This document shows positions 36,960-49,489 of a stretch of 64,000 bases of DNA, piece after piece. How positions within the stretch are numbered: position 1 is the first letter of the stretch; each line of letters opens with the position of its first letter. Below the pieces are notes generated by a model. The model did no database searches. It was not told the DNA's origin and was given only the letters and a program-made list of their open reading frames with translations. This stretch comes from Octopus sinensis (Eukaryota): assembly GCF_006345805.1 (NCBI RefSeq), contig NC_043007.1, positions 49,166,001 through 49,230,000 of the forward strand. Direction: 5' to 3'. A program made the translations under genes and the position numbers.

Positions 36960-39490
36960 TTATCTAGAAAAAAGATAGTAATAGTGTAGGCTAGTACCGA
37001 AGTACTGAGAGCTAAATATGTCATTCCAGCACGTAAGGCACAAACTGGGTCAGCAGTTTAGATAAGCAGAAGCTGACAGGGAGGGTCGTCAACAACAGGT
37101 GGTGGGCGATTCTCAAAAGGGAGATTGGAATAATATCGATAGGTTTTAGCAAAGAAGTAGTGTTAGGAAAAATTTCAAAAGCGGAGAGCTTAGTAGCTAA
37201 ACTAGATGAGGCTATTTGTAGTGCTATTGCACTACAAATAGTGTGCTAGCAGCTAGAAGGGCATTAGACTAGTTCTTCAACGCAAAACATGAAAGTTGCA
37301 TTGTCAGAGCTAAGGCGCGTGCTCTAAGAAACGAAGAGATCAAAGCTGTTCGATGCGCCCGCGTGGCGGAACCGCAGCGTGGTAACAAGACCAAAATTCG
37401 GTCTTTGACGGACCGAGACAGACAGGAGCCGAGTGATTCTAGCAGATATGTGAGGCATTTCGCTAGCACTTTGCTCGGTAATCGTGGTGGAGCGGAGATG
37501 GTAGCAGACTTTAGTTCCTACTTCGACAGATTGCCGCGTCTCTCGACGGCCATCACTGAGTACTATGAAAGGCAAATAACTTCAGTCGAAATTCAGAAGG
37601 CCCTTGTCGGTTGCAGGAGGCACAAGTCAACAGGTTTAGATGGTCTGCCCTATGAACTTTACGTAAATATGCCAGACTTGTTCTCTGATCTTCTCGAAGG
37701 GCTCTTCTGCAACTGGCAGCAGAACGGGTGTATTCCGAGTTCTGTGAGCCGGGGTCTAGTGACGCTGATACGGAAAGACGAAAATAAGAGGAGCACATTA
37801 GTTAATTTCAACTCTACTTAACACAAAGTTTAATATTTTGGCCAAGGTATCAGCAAAGAGGTTTGACGCAAGAGAGCTGTTATGGCATATGCGGACTACA
37901 TCATCGTCATGGTGTCGGAGACCTCAAAAATCAAGGTGGTTGGCACATCATTGGAGGAATATGAAAAGTTGACAGGAGTAAAACTTAACCCGTAAAAGTC
38001 GGTGGGCTTGCAACTCGGCACCTGGAGAGGCAAGTCCATGCCGGCCAACAGCGTCGTTGGGTGCTGGACGGACGGACCGGTAAAATTGCTTGCGTTTGGT
38101 TCGGACCAGACATCCAGGTGGATAAGCATTGGAAGGAAGTGACTCATAGAGTTGCCAGTCTCATCCAGAAATGGGCTGGGAGGAAGATATCACTGAAAGG
38201 TCGTGCGGATGTGGAGAATGCGCACATCGCGTTCGTCATCTACTACCGCTTGACCGTCGTGCGTTGCCCCCGATCGCGCCTCGCCAAGTTAGATCGCCTC
38301 CTCTTCAAATTCATGTGGAGCGGTCAGGTTTCATTGGTGAGGCGGCCCATCTGCTGCCAACACCCTCTAAGCATGCTATGGTTAATGATGCGCAGACATG
38401 CGTTGAGGCTGTGGCATCTCCAGATATTGTGCTTAAACGGTGAACAAGTGTGGTCGCCGTTTGTTAATCAGGCTTTTCAACAGCTCGTCTCCTTGACTGA
38501 GTTGCAGTTCTGGGTCATGAAGAAACCGAGGAGGGGTGACTGGTATCTGGAATGTTGCCAGGCACTCACTACCCTCTACCAGGCGAGCAATGCGATCTGT
38601 GAAACATCCACTCTTGAGCACTATAGAGGGTTAGTGAAGGGAAAGAGTGATGGCGCATTTGAAGAGACGCTAGGCGTTGGCGAAATCCAAATAACCAGTC
38701 TGTTCTGGAGGACTTTCGAACCGGGGACAATGGATAACTTCCAGAAATACCTAGCTTGGTACTGCTACCGTTGGGCACTGCCGGTTTGAGATAAACTCTA
38801 GAGGCACGGAAGTGCTGTCAGACGGACCTTCCCGAGATGCACGCAGAGCACGAAACGTTTCTGCATGCACTCGTCCAGTGTCCTTGTATTACTGACTAGT
38901 GGAGTTATGTTGAACAGCTGTTATCACGTGATGGACGGATCCGGCTATCGGCCGAGTTCATACTGGTGATCGATCCGCCGCTTTCCATCGGCCCAGAAAG
39001 GCAGGCAATTTTCCTCTGTCTGATAGCAGTAGCGAAAGAGGGTGTATGGAGGACCAGGTTGAAAGGACTGAAGACAAACACTTTTCTCTTAGGCCAATCA
39101 CACATCAAGTTTTTCAAATTTCATTTGGAAAGGAAGATGAGAGTGGAGGGAGAAGTGCTGCCTCCCAGTACATTTGCTAAAAGGTGGGTGAATGTAGCGA
39201 AAATGGCACGTGTGAGTGAGCCTACTCTAATAATTCTAGTGAATTTGAGAAGGAGAAGAGTGCTCTTCCCAGATGCCCTCGAAGTGTCGAGTGATTCAGG
39301 ATTGGTGGGGTACCTGGGCCAACTCTAGGTGGTTACCCCCTCCCATTGGGGATCTTTCATTGTTATATTCTTTTGCTGGATATCATTGTTATTGTTTTAT
39401 TTGTGTACTCGTTGTTTTGTGTAAAATCCCCACTGTTCATGTCTACTGTATCGTCCCATAAATGTCGCCCCTTGCGGCTAATAAATGAAA
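36960..39490 (+). mobile_element. Decayed L1/Tx1-clade LINE ORF2 with internal deletion
   Basis: Motifs KSTGLDGLPYELY, RGLVTLIRKD, AYAD and RKISLKGRA, with a C-terminal zinc knuckle and 3' end AATAAATGAAATA. Related to 6501-8114. Confidence 0.85.
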
Positions 39491-39495
39491 TAGAC

Positions 39496-39715
39496 GGTTA
39501 GTGAAGGGAAAGAACGGTTAGTGATGGCACATTTGGAGAGACGTTCGGCGTTGACGAAATCCAAATAACCAGTCTGTTCAAGAGGACTTTCGAACCGGGG
39601 ACAATAGATAACTTCCAGAAATACCTAGCTTGGCATTGCTACCGTTGGGCACTGCCGGTTTGAGATAAGCTCAAGAGGCACAGAAGTGCCGTCAGACGGA
39701 CCTGCCCGAGATGCA
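39496..39715 (+). mobile_element. Second Tx1 fragment duplicating ~38629-38840
   Basis: GAAATCCAAATAACCAGTCTGTTC..GGACTTTCGAACCGGGGACAAT..CTACCGTTGGGCACTGCCGGTTTGAGATAA is repeated. Confidence 0.8.
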
Positions 39716-39721
39716 TCGTCC

Positions 39722-39790
<69 letters not shown>

Positions 39791-39792
<2 letters not shown>

Positions 39793-40733
39793 TATGTTTG
39801 ACTTTTGCTTTACATTTGTACAAGTTGGCTCGAAGTCTCTCCCAGAGACCTCAAGAGACAACAAGCTGGAAGTTCATGTGTGTGCTATGCCTAGTGTGCC
39901 ATGTATTTGGTTTTGTACTTAGTGTTGTACTAGTGAATGTCTAAAAAACCATACGAAAATTATGTTTGTTTTAAAACTTGAGATTACATACAAAGTATTT
40001 TGCGTAGGATATGAGCAGTTCCCATGAGCACTATCTTTTGAATTTCTGCCATTTTTGGGTTTCTTGGTATCTGAGCTAGGTAGTAATCATCTCCTTTTGC
40101 TATAATTCCCAGGGCACTTATGACAACAAGTATTGTTTTAGTCTTCAGCTTCCACATTTTGCTGATTTCTATTTCCAGATCTTTATATTTGCTCAGTTTC
40201 TGGTAGGTCTTGACAGATACGTTTATATCGATTGGGACAGTATTATCAATGCGGAGGCATGTTTTCTGTCAGTTTAAATGGTGAAGTTCCAGAGGAGTGA
40301 GATGTGGTCATTTTCAAGCACTGGAGGTGGTTTGTGTTCCCACCAGTGCAAGAAGACTGCACTTGGAGACAACATGATCAATGGTTTCATTTTGTTGTTG
40401 ACATACACATGTTGGACTACTGCCGTTCTTTAATATGTTGGCCTATTATTATCATTATTATTATTATTATTATTATTTCTATGTTTGACTTTTGCTTTAT
40501 ATTTGTACAAGTTGGCTCCAAGTCTCACCCAGAGACCTCAAGAGACAACAGGGTTGGAAGTTCATGTTGTTGTTATGCCTAGTGAGCCATATATTTGGGG
40601 GGTGGGGATGTTGTACTAATGAATGTCAAAAAAAAAAAATTTTTTTTTTTTTTTTTTTTTTTTAAACCGAAAATTATGGTTGTTTTAAACCTTGAGGTTA
40701 CATAGAGAGTATTTTGCGTAGGATATGAGCAGT
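39791..40733 (-). mobile_element. Two stacked short 3' fragments of R4/Dong (39791-40444, 40477-40733)
   Basis: Each begins (TTA)n-TCTATGTTTGACTTTTGCTT, matching the 3' end at 32252. Confidence 0.85.
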
Positions 40734-40812
40734 TGACATACACATGTTGGACTACTGCCGTTCTTTAATATGTGGCCTATTATTATCATTATTATTATTA
40801 TTATTATTATTA

Positions 40813-43800
40813 TTCTATGTTTGACTTTGCTTTATTTGTACAAGTTGGCTCCAAGTCTCACCCAGAGACCTCAAGAGACAACAGGGTTGGAAGTTCATGT
40901 TGTTTGATTATGCTAGTGAGCCATTATATTGGGGGGTGGGGATGTTGTACGAATGAATGTCAAAAAAACAAAATTTTTTTTTTTTTTTTTTAACGAAAAT
41001 TATGTTGTCTTTAAACATGAGGTTACATAGAGAGTATTTTGCGTAGGATATGAGCAGTTCCCTGAGCACTATCTTTGAACTTTTGCCATTTCTGGGTTTC
41101 CTTGGTATCTGAGTTAGGTAGCTATCAGCCCCTTTTGCTATCATTCCCAGGGCACTATGACAACGGTATTGTTTAGCTTCAGATTCCACATTTTGCTGAT
41201 TTCTATTTCAAGATCTTTATATTGCTCAGTTTTTGGTAGGTCCTGACAGATACGTTTATACGATTGGGACAGTCATATCAATGAGGAGGCATGTTCTTTG
41301 TTTGAAGTCTTTCAATATGATGTTGGCCTATTTGCATCTATCTTCCTGTCAGTTTGAATGGTGAAGTTCCAGAGGAGTGAGATGTGGTCATTTTCAAGCA
41401 CTGGGGGTGGTTGTGTTCCCACCAGTTTTTTCATGGGGCAAATCCAGGTTTTTACAGATTACCCAGTGAATATATTGTGCAGCTCTATCGTGCCTGTTGA
41501 GATACTCTGTAGGGCGCTAGAAGACTGCACTTGGAGATCACATGGTCAATGGTTTCATTTGTTGCTTGCATTACACGATACGTTGGACTGCTTCTGATCT
41601 TTAATAGTTGGCCTGGTAGTCTTGTTGGTAGGCATTGATCTTGAGCTGCTATGATAAACCCTCTGTTTCAGATTTAAGCCAGAGGCCATTAGCCATTGAT
41701 GGGTCAGGGTTGTCGATATCTGCATTATTCGCCTCTTTGGGTATTTGCCATAGAGAGGTTTTTCTTGCCATTTATTATTCAGATATCTAAGGCCGCAGTT
41801 TTGGCACGGGTTTTCATGCGCCTAGCTTTTTCGGTGTGTTTCTTGTATGTCTATCTCTAATTCCGAAATTGGTTGTATTCGGAATTCACTTAGATATTCC
41901 TTTGCCTGTTTTGTGACTGAGTATGATGCTTTCTTGTTTCATGTTTGAGACAAGTTTCAACATCCAGTCCTCAGAGTTTTTCAGGTAGTGTTCTAGGCCA
42001 ATTGTAGCAATCTTCATTGTTATTGCCAGTTGCAAAAGGACCACGGCCTCCCTCTTTCTTGGCAGATAGACCCGTTCTGTATCTGCCTTAGGGTGGTGCA
42101 TTCTATGCATTGTCAACAGTTTCCTTATTTTTCTGTCGAGCTGACTATTTCAGTAATTGACCAGTTAACATATTGAAACTGTAAGTCACACTGGTATAGC
42201 TAATGCATTGATTGATTCGATCCTGTTCTTGCATTCAGCTCTGTCTTGAGTATTGCTCTCACTCTTCGATAGCATTCTCTCCTGATCCTTTCTTCATCTC
42301 TGAATGCCTTATTCCGTTCCCTTCAATTACCCCTAGGTACTTGTAGCTCTCCGCTGGGTCTAGTTCTTTTATGACATTCTGTTGGTCAAGGTTAACGTTA
42401 GATGTTTCTGTCATTTTTCTTTGATAAAGGTAGCCTTTGCACATTTATCGAGGCCGATTGCATTCTGATGTCGTCACTGAATTGTTTGACTATCGCTAGT
42501 AGCCCTTGAGTTGTTGATCATTTTTTGCAAAAAGCTTTAAATCATCCATGTAAACGAGATGATTTATATTTTTATCAACCATTTTATACCCTACTGCGCG
42601 TCATTGAGCAGCTTGAGAGAGGTGGTATTAAGGATAAACAAAAGAGGAGTGGTGACCAGTGAGTCACCCTGGAAAATGCCACACGAAATTTGTTACATCA
42701 CCAGCATTTAGGGATTCACTGTCACTGTTCACGAGTTAGTGTGGTTCTCCATGATCTCATACTTACAGTCAAGAAGTTTCGCAGAGAGTTGGTGCTATCT
42801 TATACATTTCAAGGCATTTCCTAATCCAGCTATGTGGTAGGCTATCAAAGCCTTTTATAGTCTATCCAGGGCTATGATAAGTTTTTGTGTCGTTGTGACA
42901 ATCTTCTAAGATCATCTTATTCATGAGTAGTTGGTCTTTACAGCCGTAGGATCCACGTTTACATCCTTTCTGTTCATTAGGGAATATGCTGCTGTTCTGT
43001 TAAAAAACTATAGGTATATTCTGTCAGGACAGATGTTAGTGTTTTGTACATAGTTGTTAAGCAGGTTATGGGTCTATAGGTTTTTTGGTTCATTTGTTTC
43101 TTCACTTTTTGGAAGCAGGAATGTAACCCATTAACTAGCAAGGAGGCATCCTACTAGGGTGTTGCAAAACATCATTGTACAGTTCTGTTAGCAATCATGG
43201 CTCTCTGGGAAGGCATTCAGCCAGAAGTTAGGAATTTATCCTTTCCTGGAGACTTCCATTGCTGACCTCCGAGAGCAGATCTTATATCTTCTACGTTGAC
43301 ACCTCCCACTTTTGCTCTTCGAAGGGTCCAGTTCTGTAGATATTCGTCAATCCAGGGGCCTTTTCGTTGTGTGTTTTTTCTTCTGCCCAGATTTTATTCC
43401 AAAATCTCTGCATTCTTCTTTTGATGGTACAGACCCTGCAGTAAACGCTGTTTTTCCTATCTTCTGTAAAAATTCTTGGTGTTTATTTGAACATGTTGTT
43501 GTCCTTGAAAAATCTAACACGCTTTCATACCTCGCTATGCGGGCAGCTTTGGCAAATACCTTTTGTTTGATGGGTTCTATGGTGGCATCAATATCAAGTA
43601 TAGTTTTCATATTGTATTTTTTCAGTAATTTTGGGTTTTTGTAGGTTTGGTTAGTCTTGTGAGCCTTAAGTGTTTTCAAATATTCAATGTCAGATCTAAA
43701 TACTTAATTGTTGTTGCAGACGCTCTTGCCAAGAAGGCTTTTTGTGGGACTGTTGCCGTTTTCTAATCTTTACACCACATAGGATCGTTGAGATTTTCGC

Positions 43801-45099
43801 GGATGCATAGTATAGGTGGTGAGGTTGTGTGATATCAACATCATTAACTGAAATTATATCCTTAAGTGCAAGCCGGATTTTACCCAATTATTTTCATGTT
43901 TTGGTTAGAGTTGCGGATTTTAGGAAGTGTATCACGCTCATCCATGCTGGTTCTTTAATTTTCAGCCATCAATCATGATTGATTTTTTAGCTCATTGTAG
44001 TTTGTTGGGTCAATATTTGTGTGACTTTCTTTATATTTGATGCTCATCTGTCTTAGTGTTATGATTGGTTCAGCGTATTTCACTTTGGCATATCACTTAT
44101 ATAACTCTTTCAATCCTCTCTTGTTTTATCCGCCTGGGCTGGTCTATAATCATTTTCCTCTTGTATTATCTTCTCTAGCTGCAGCTTCGTTCATTTTATC
44201 CGATATTGCTTGTCTAACCTGATCAATCTTACTTCAGTCAGTAATTTCTTTTTATTAATGTTTCTTAACATTGGCAAGCTTGTACTGTCTATGTAGGGTC
44301 TTCTTCAGGGTGTTTCTGTCTCTAGTTTAAGTATGCTTGTACAGTGCTAGACTATCTGTGGGGAAATATATGGCATGGTAGAAGGCCTCAAGAACTCTTT
44401 ATCTATCTCCCTAGACCATTTTTCCTTCTTTTTCTTTTGATTATTTGGTGATGAGCATGGATGGCCATCTGTTGGAATATTCGGTGTGGGGTTCGTCCAG
44501 CTCCTGTGTGTTGGGAAGATTTGATCCAGTAACTGATTTTTCAATCAGGATTGGTTCAATTTTCGGGTACGTGGTCTTTTGTAATCCGCGCAATGGACAA
44601 TGCGGTTTATTGTTTGATTTGTTGACCTTGAAGCATGACGAGCATCCATTCTTATATTAGGAGATGGATCTGTCATTTAGGGTTCACTACAAGTAAGCAT
44701 TGCTCATAGCGCCGTTCTTAAGACTAGCAGATCTATATTCGTCTGTATTTTTTTTGTTGATAGTTTTATCTCCGGACATTTTTTTTTTTTTCTTTCCTCC
44801 TCTTCCTTTCTTCAAGGCTTACTGTGTTGTATTAGTTCGAAATAATGAGAATAAAATACGGAGAAGGAAACGAAAAGAAAGGGAAAAAGACGGGATCTGT
44901 CAGTTATTATTGTTATTACTATCATCTTCACCACCATCACCATCATCATCTTCAATGTGTAGCCACAGCCACCATCAACACTCCATTGTGTTGGAGAATG
45001 GGTGGTTAAAGAATTCATGTTCTTTGGGTCTATAAATAGCCACGGTAGATGGTGGAGACAAAGGACGTTAATGGTCAGTAAAAGGTCAAACCTGTTTAC
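40813..45099 (-). mobile_element. Full-length R4/Dong copy with many 1-bp indels
   Basis: Colinear with 32252-36632 along its whole length, including the 5' end AAAAGGTCAAACCTGTTTAC. The ORF is fragmented. Confidence 0.9.
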
Positions 45100-45706
45100 G
45101 TTTATTTATTTATTTTTTCGTTCTCTTTTCTTCTTCACCACATGCATATGTATATGTATATATTAAGGTATGTAGAAAAATACAACATGGACAAGAACGT
45201 ATAACTCATAGAAGACGATACAATAAACCACACATATTATCTGATGTTTTCGTCGAAGATTTTTTTTTTCTTTTTTTTAAATAACTTTCTGAGTTCAATG
45301 TTATGTATATATTTTTAAATTTCTGAATTCAGTTGTATGTATATAGTAGTAGGTGCTTAATTCCATAACTTTTTATCGTGCATTTAATTGTGTTGTTACA
45401 ATAGAAGGTAATTTAAAAGGCAATTTACACATTCTTATAGTCATGAGAGACGACTAAATGTAAATGTTCACACAGAATTGGAGATATGTATGTTTCTAAT
45501 TTTTCTTGTTAGGTGTACGTTTGTATGAGCTGTAGATATGTAAGTTTTTTTTTTACTTATTTTGAGGGTAATTCAAATTACTTACAGAAAACAGTAGATC
45601 TTCCAGTTTTCTACAGTTGACCTGCTGGGTTCGCTGTTGCCAGTTCAGAGCATCGTAAAAATACGTCCATCCTCTGTCACGTCCAGCCGCCTTCTTACGT
45701 CCAGCC

Positions 45707-46460
<754 letters not shown>

Positions 46461-46940
46461 GCTATTATCATAATTCATTTGCATAATTTGCTGTCTTATC
46501 TGGGTCGATGCTGAAACCGGACTATGACGTGAATACACATATCTTGACTCTGTATATCTAAATTGTGAATGTATTAGTGAATAAAGACACGTGGTATAGT
46601 GGTTAGGATTTCACATCCACGCTCATAAGCTCGTATTTTCGATTTCCAAACCGGCAGTGACTTGTGTTCGTGAGCAAAACATTTCATTTCACGTTGCTTC
46701 AGTTCACTCAGCTGCACAGCTGTAAATTGGCAAACTTGTGATTGATTGGTGCTCCATTCAGGCGAAATGTTGGCCAGCCTGCCAAGCTAAAATAGTGGTA
46801 TCATTTGAAAATTAATACACAACTAATCGCATTGTGACCAGCGCTATCTAGCAATATCCGAGACTCTGGTCGATACCGTGATATATATATATATATACGC
46901 GCATGCTGAAAAAACTTTGATAAAAAACTTTCGAACAAAG

Positions 46941-47082
46941 ATGTCACAGAAAAAGGAATATGATCTTGATGGTCTCTGTGTTGATTTGAAACAATTTGGT
47001 AAATATCAAATTCTTCAAACATTACTAATAATGTGGCCTGCGATGGTGGAAAGTTTTTCTTTGCTACAAATCGTCTTCCTGG
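46941..47082 (+). CDS. Probable first coding exon of an SLC22 (organic cation/anion transporter, MFS) gene
   Basis: MSQKKEYDLDGLCVDLKQFGKYQILQTLLIMWPAMVESFSLLQIVFL(G) matches the SLC22 N-terminal D..L..(G)xFGxYQ + TM1 pattern. Kozak-like AAGATG start, and the exon ends at a strong phase-1 donor G|GTAAGT. No downstream exon was recognised in the window. Confidence 0.75.
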
Positions 47083-47389
47083 GTAAGTAGTGATTTATAA
47101 GACTTGTTTATTTGAATTTAGCATTTAATTTTGATGTCAGAAATATTTTGTTCAAGAAGGGTGATCATTTGTGGTTGAGGCAGCTGATAGCAGAGCTGTT
47201 CTTGTTTTGCCACAATTCAGCCTTTTCCAGGTATGCTCAATGATGTTCCATCCATGGACTTCCTTTTGTGTTTTTATAATAATATATTTAATATTGGGTT
47301 TTGCAACCTGTTGCTTCTTATTCTTGTGTGGTCTTTGTAACCGACAGAATGATCTCTCTTAAATCAATGTCGAATTTACACTTCGTTCT

Positions 47390-48650
47390 GTAGAAATCAG
47401 TTAAATAATCATAGGTAAGGTACTGTCCAGATATTTGTAGTTTTCCCCGCAGAAATATTACGTTTTCCTTTGCATCATTTTTCTAACTAGTAGTTGCTCA
47501 AAACATCCTCATACTTCCTTTCTTCTCGCCCCTACCGCTATGCTCTAGGGTTACAACATTGTTAGTGGCACAATGGCCTCGTAGAAACAAGTTGAAGCAG
47601 CCGGTATTTTGATAGGCTATTGGGCGGTAATTTTTAGATACGGTTGTTTGGTTATTTTGTGGGATGAGAAGGGTGGTGGTACTTGGAAGCCATTTGGATG
47701 TGTTTAACGTGCCCTTAATACTCTTCTCCAAAGGTCGTATTGAATCTCGCCGATAGAAGTTGAGATTTTTTTAAAAATCAATATCCTGAAATAAATCCCG
47801 GGCCTGAGAATTTCCTATTTGGTATCCTTCACGCAATTGTTTCTAACACTGCACTGTCGATTTCGAACAGTTTTTGTTTAACATGTTTGCAGTATCCCTG
47901 TTCTAATTCTTCAATCCATTCAGTTTTTTCCGTTGAGTTCATCATTCTTTTCCCAAATTGATTCCAGTAACTTCTCACTTGTTCTGTTGATGGGATGTTT
48001 CTTACCGATATATTATTTTGTTGAAATTACGATAGACTGATTTGGGGTCTCGAACAACCTATTCGGTTTTCTTTTTATAATCTGCAGAATTTATACTTCA
48101 GTTTCTCAGCTGTTGCTGTTAGTTCTTGTTTTGGCTGATGGAGTTTGGAATTTAAGGTTTTAGCTTTTGAGCCACCAGTCTGCTTTCCTAGTTTATCTTT
48201 TAACTGTTCCTGGTGTTTCATGATTTTGTTGATCGTGTTGCACTTCATAACTACGGCAAACTGCGAGACAACTAGGCACTGAATGTTTACCTTTGCCTTT
48301 ATTGTGCAGCCCCCGCCCCTTGTGGTAAGCAAGCAATCTTATTGCTGACACGTGGTTTCTGATTCAATATACATTAGATAGTTATTTCATTTATTTCTTC
48401 CCGTTCTATTTTAGAAGGCTCTTTTATGTCCATTTTAAAAGGTCCGTTTCTAGAGTTAATGTCTTGAACCTGCCGCAGTATATTTTCCTGCCCCACTTTC
48501 AGAGAATTAAATATATTTTGAAACTCCTTGCTCGAGAAAGTTATATGACTGCTTTTGTTTTCTAGCAGTTAAACTATTTCGCTGAGACTGAACAATGCTG
48601 TTGGTGGCGATAAGGGATGTTGTTGCTGTTGCATGTTCTCTGAATGTCTG
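47390..48650 (-). mobile_element. Degenerate R4/Dong-type LINE fragment
   Basis: Motifs TLLIPQ..SKNYRPIA and ELTATAEKLK, with YKYL remnants. Confidence 0.6.
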
Positions 48651-48829
48651 TTGCGGGAGAAGCAGGTTGATTACTATTATTGTCCAGCCTAACCCTTCAC
48701 CGTTGATGTTACTATTGTTGTTTTTTTTAATAATAATATTAGTAATAATAATAATAACAACAACAAAAATAATTATACAAATAAAAATAATAACTGTACC
48801 CATAAACGAATTAGTCTACACCTTTTACA

Positions 48830-49450
48830 TAAAAATATAGTGGTATAACCCTTCACAAGCTACAAATATCGTTTCGCATCTAGCAAGAAAATGTTTCAAG
48901 ATATTAAGAAAGCACTTTCCGCCTTCTAGTAGATATAACAAACACATTAAAATCGCTTTTGCTACCCCAACTAATCTAACTGATTACATTGCAGTTGGTA
49001 ATCGTTTCAGAGTTAATAAAAAATATCCCGGTATCAGTAATAGCATTAAATGGCGGCGAGCTGGCAGAAACGTTAGCATGCCGGACGAAATGCGTAGCCG
49101 TATTTCGTCTACCGTTACGTTTTGAGTTCAAATTCCGCCGAGGTCGACTTTGCCTTTCATCCTTTCGGGGTCGATGAATTAAGTACCAGTTACGACTGCG
49201 GTCGATGTAATCGACTTAATCCGTTTGTCTGTCCTTGTTTATCCTCTCTGTGTTTAGCCCCTTGTGGGTAGTAAAGAAATAGGTATCAGTAATAGCATTA
49301 ACCTTACCAGGGATGCAGCACAAATCTACTTTATTTGTTCACACTCAACATATTAAGCATGTAGTAGATCGTGTGAAATTGCTTTAACTGAAAATGAATT
49401 CAACGACGATTTGCATGTAGCTGCTAAACCTACAACTGTACTACCCAACA
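48830..49450 (+). mobile_element. Penelope-like (Naiad-like) fragment interrupted by a SINE
   Basis: Translation WYNPS..KILRKHFPP..IKIAFATPTNL resembles the PLE post-RT WFNPP..KHFP..KxSYS..PN pattern. Confidence 0.45.
49050..49281 (+). mobile_element. Full-length tRNA-SINE with 20-bp TSD
   Basis: Same family as 8454-8685. TSD GGTATCAGTAATAGCATTAA at 49030-49049 and 49282-49301. Confidence 0.9.
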
Positions 49451-49489
49451 CTGCCTTGATACGGAGCTACAACAACAACAACAACAATA

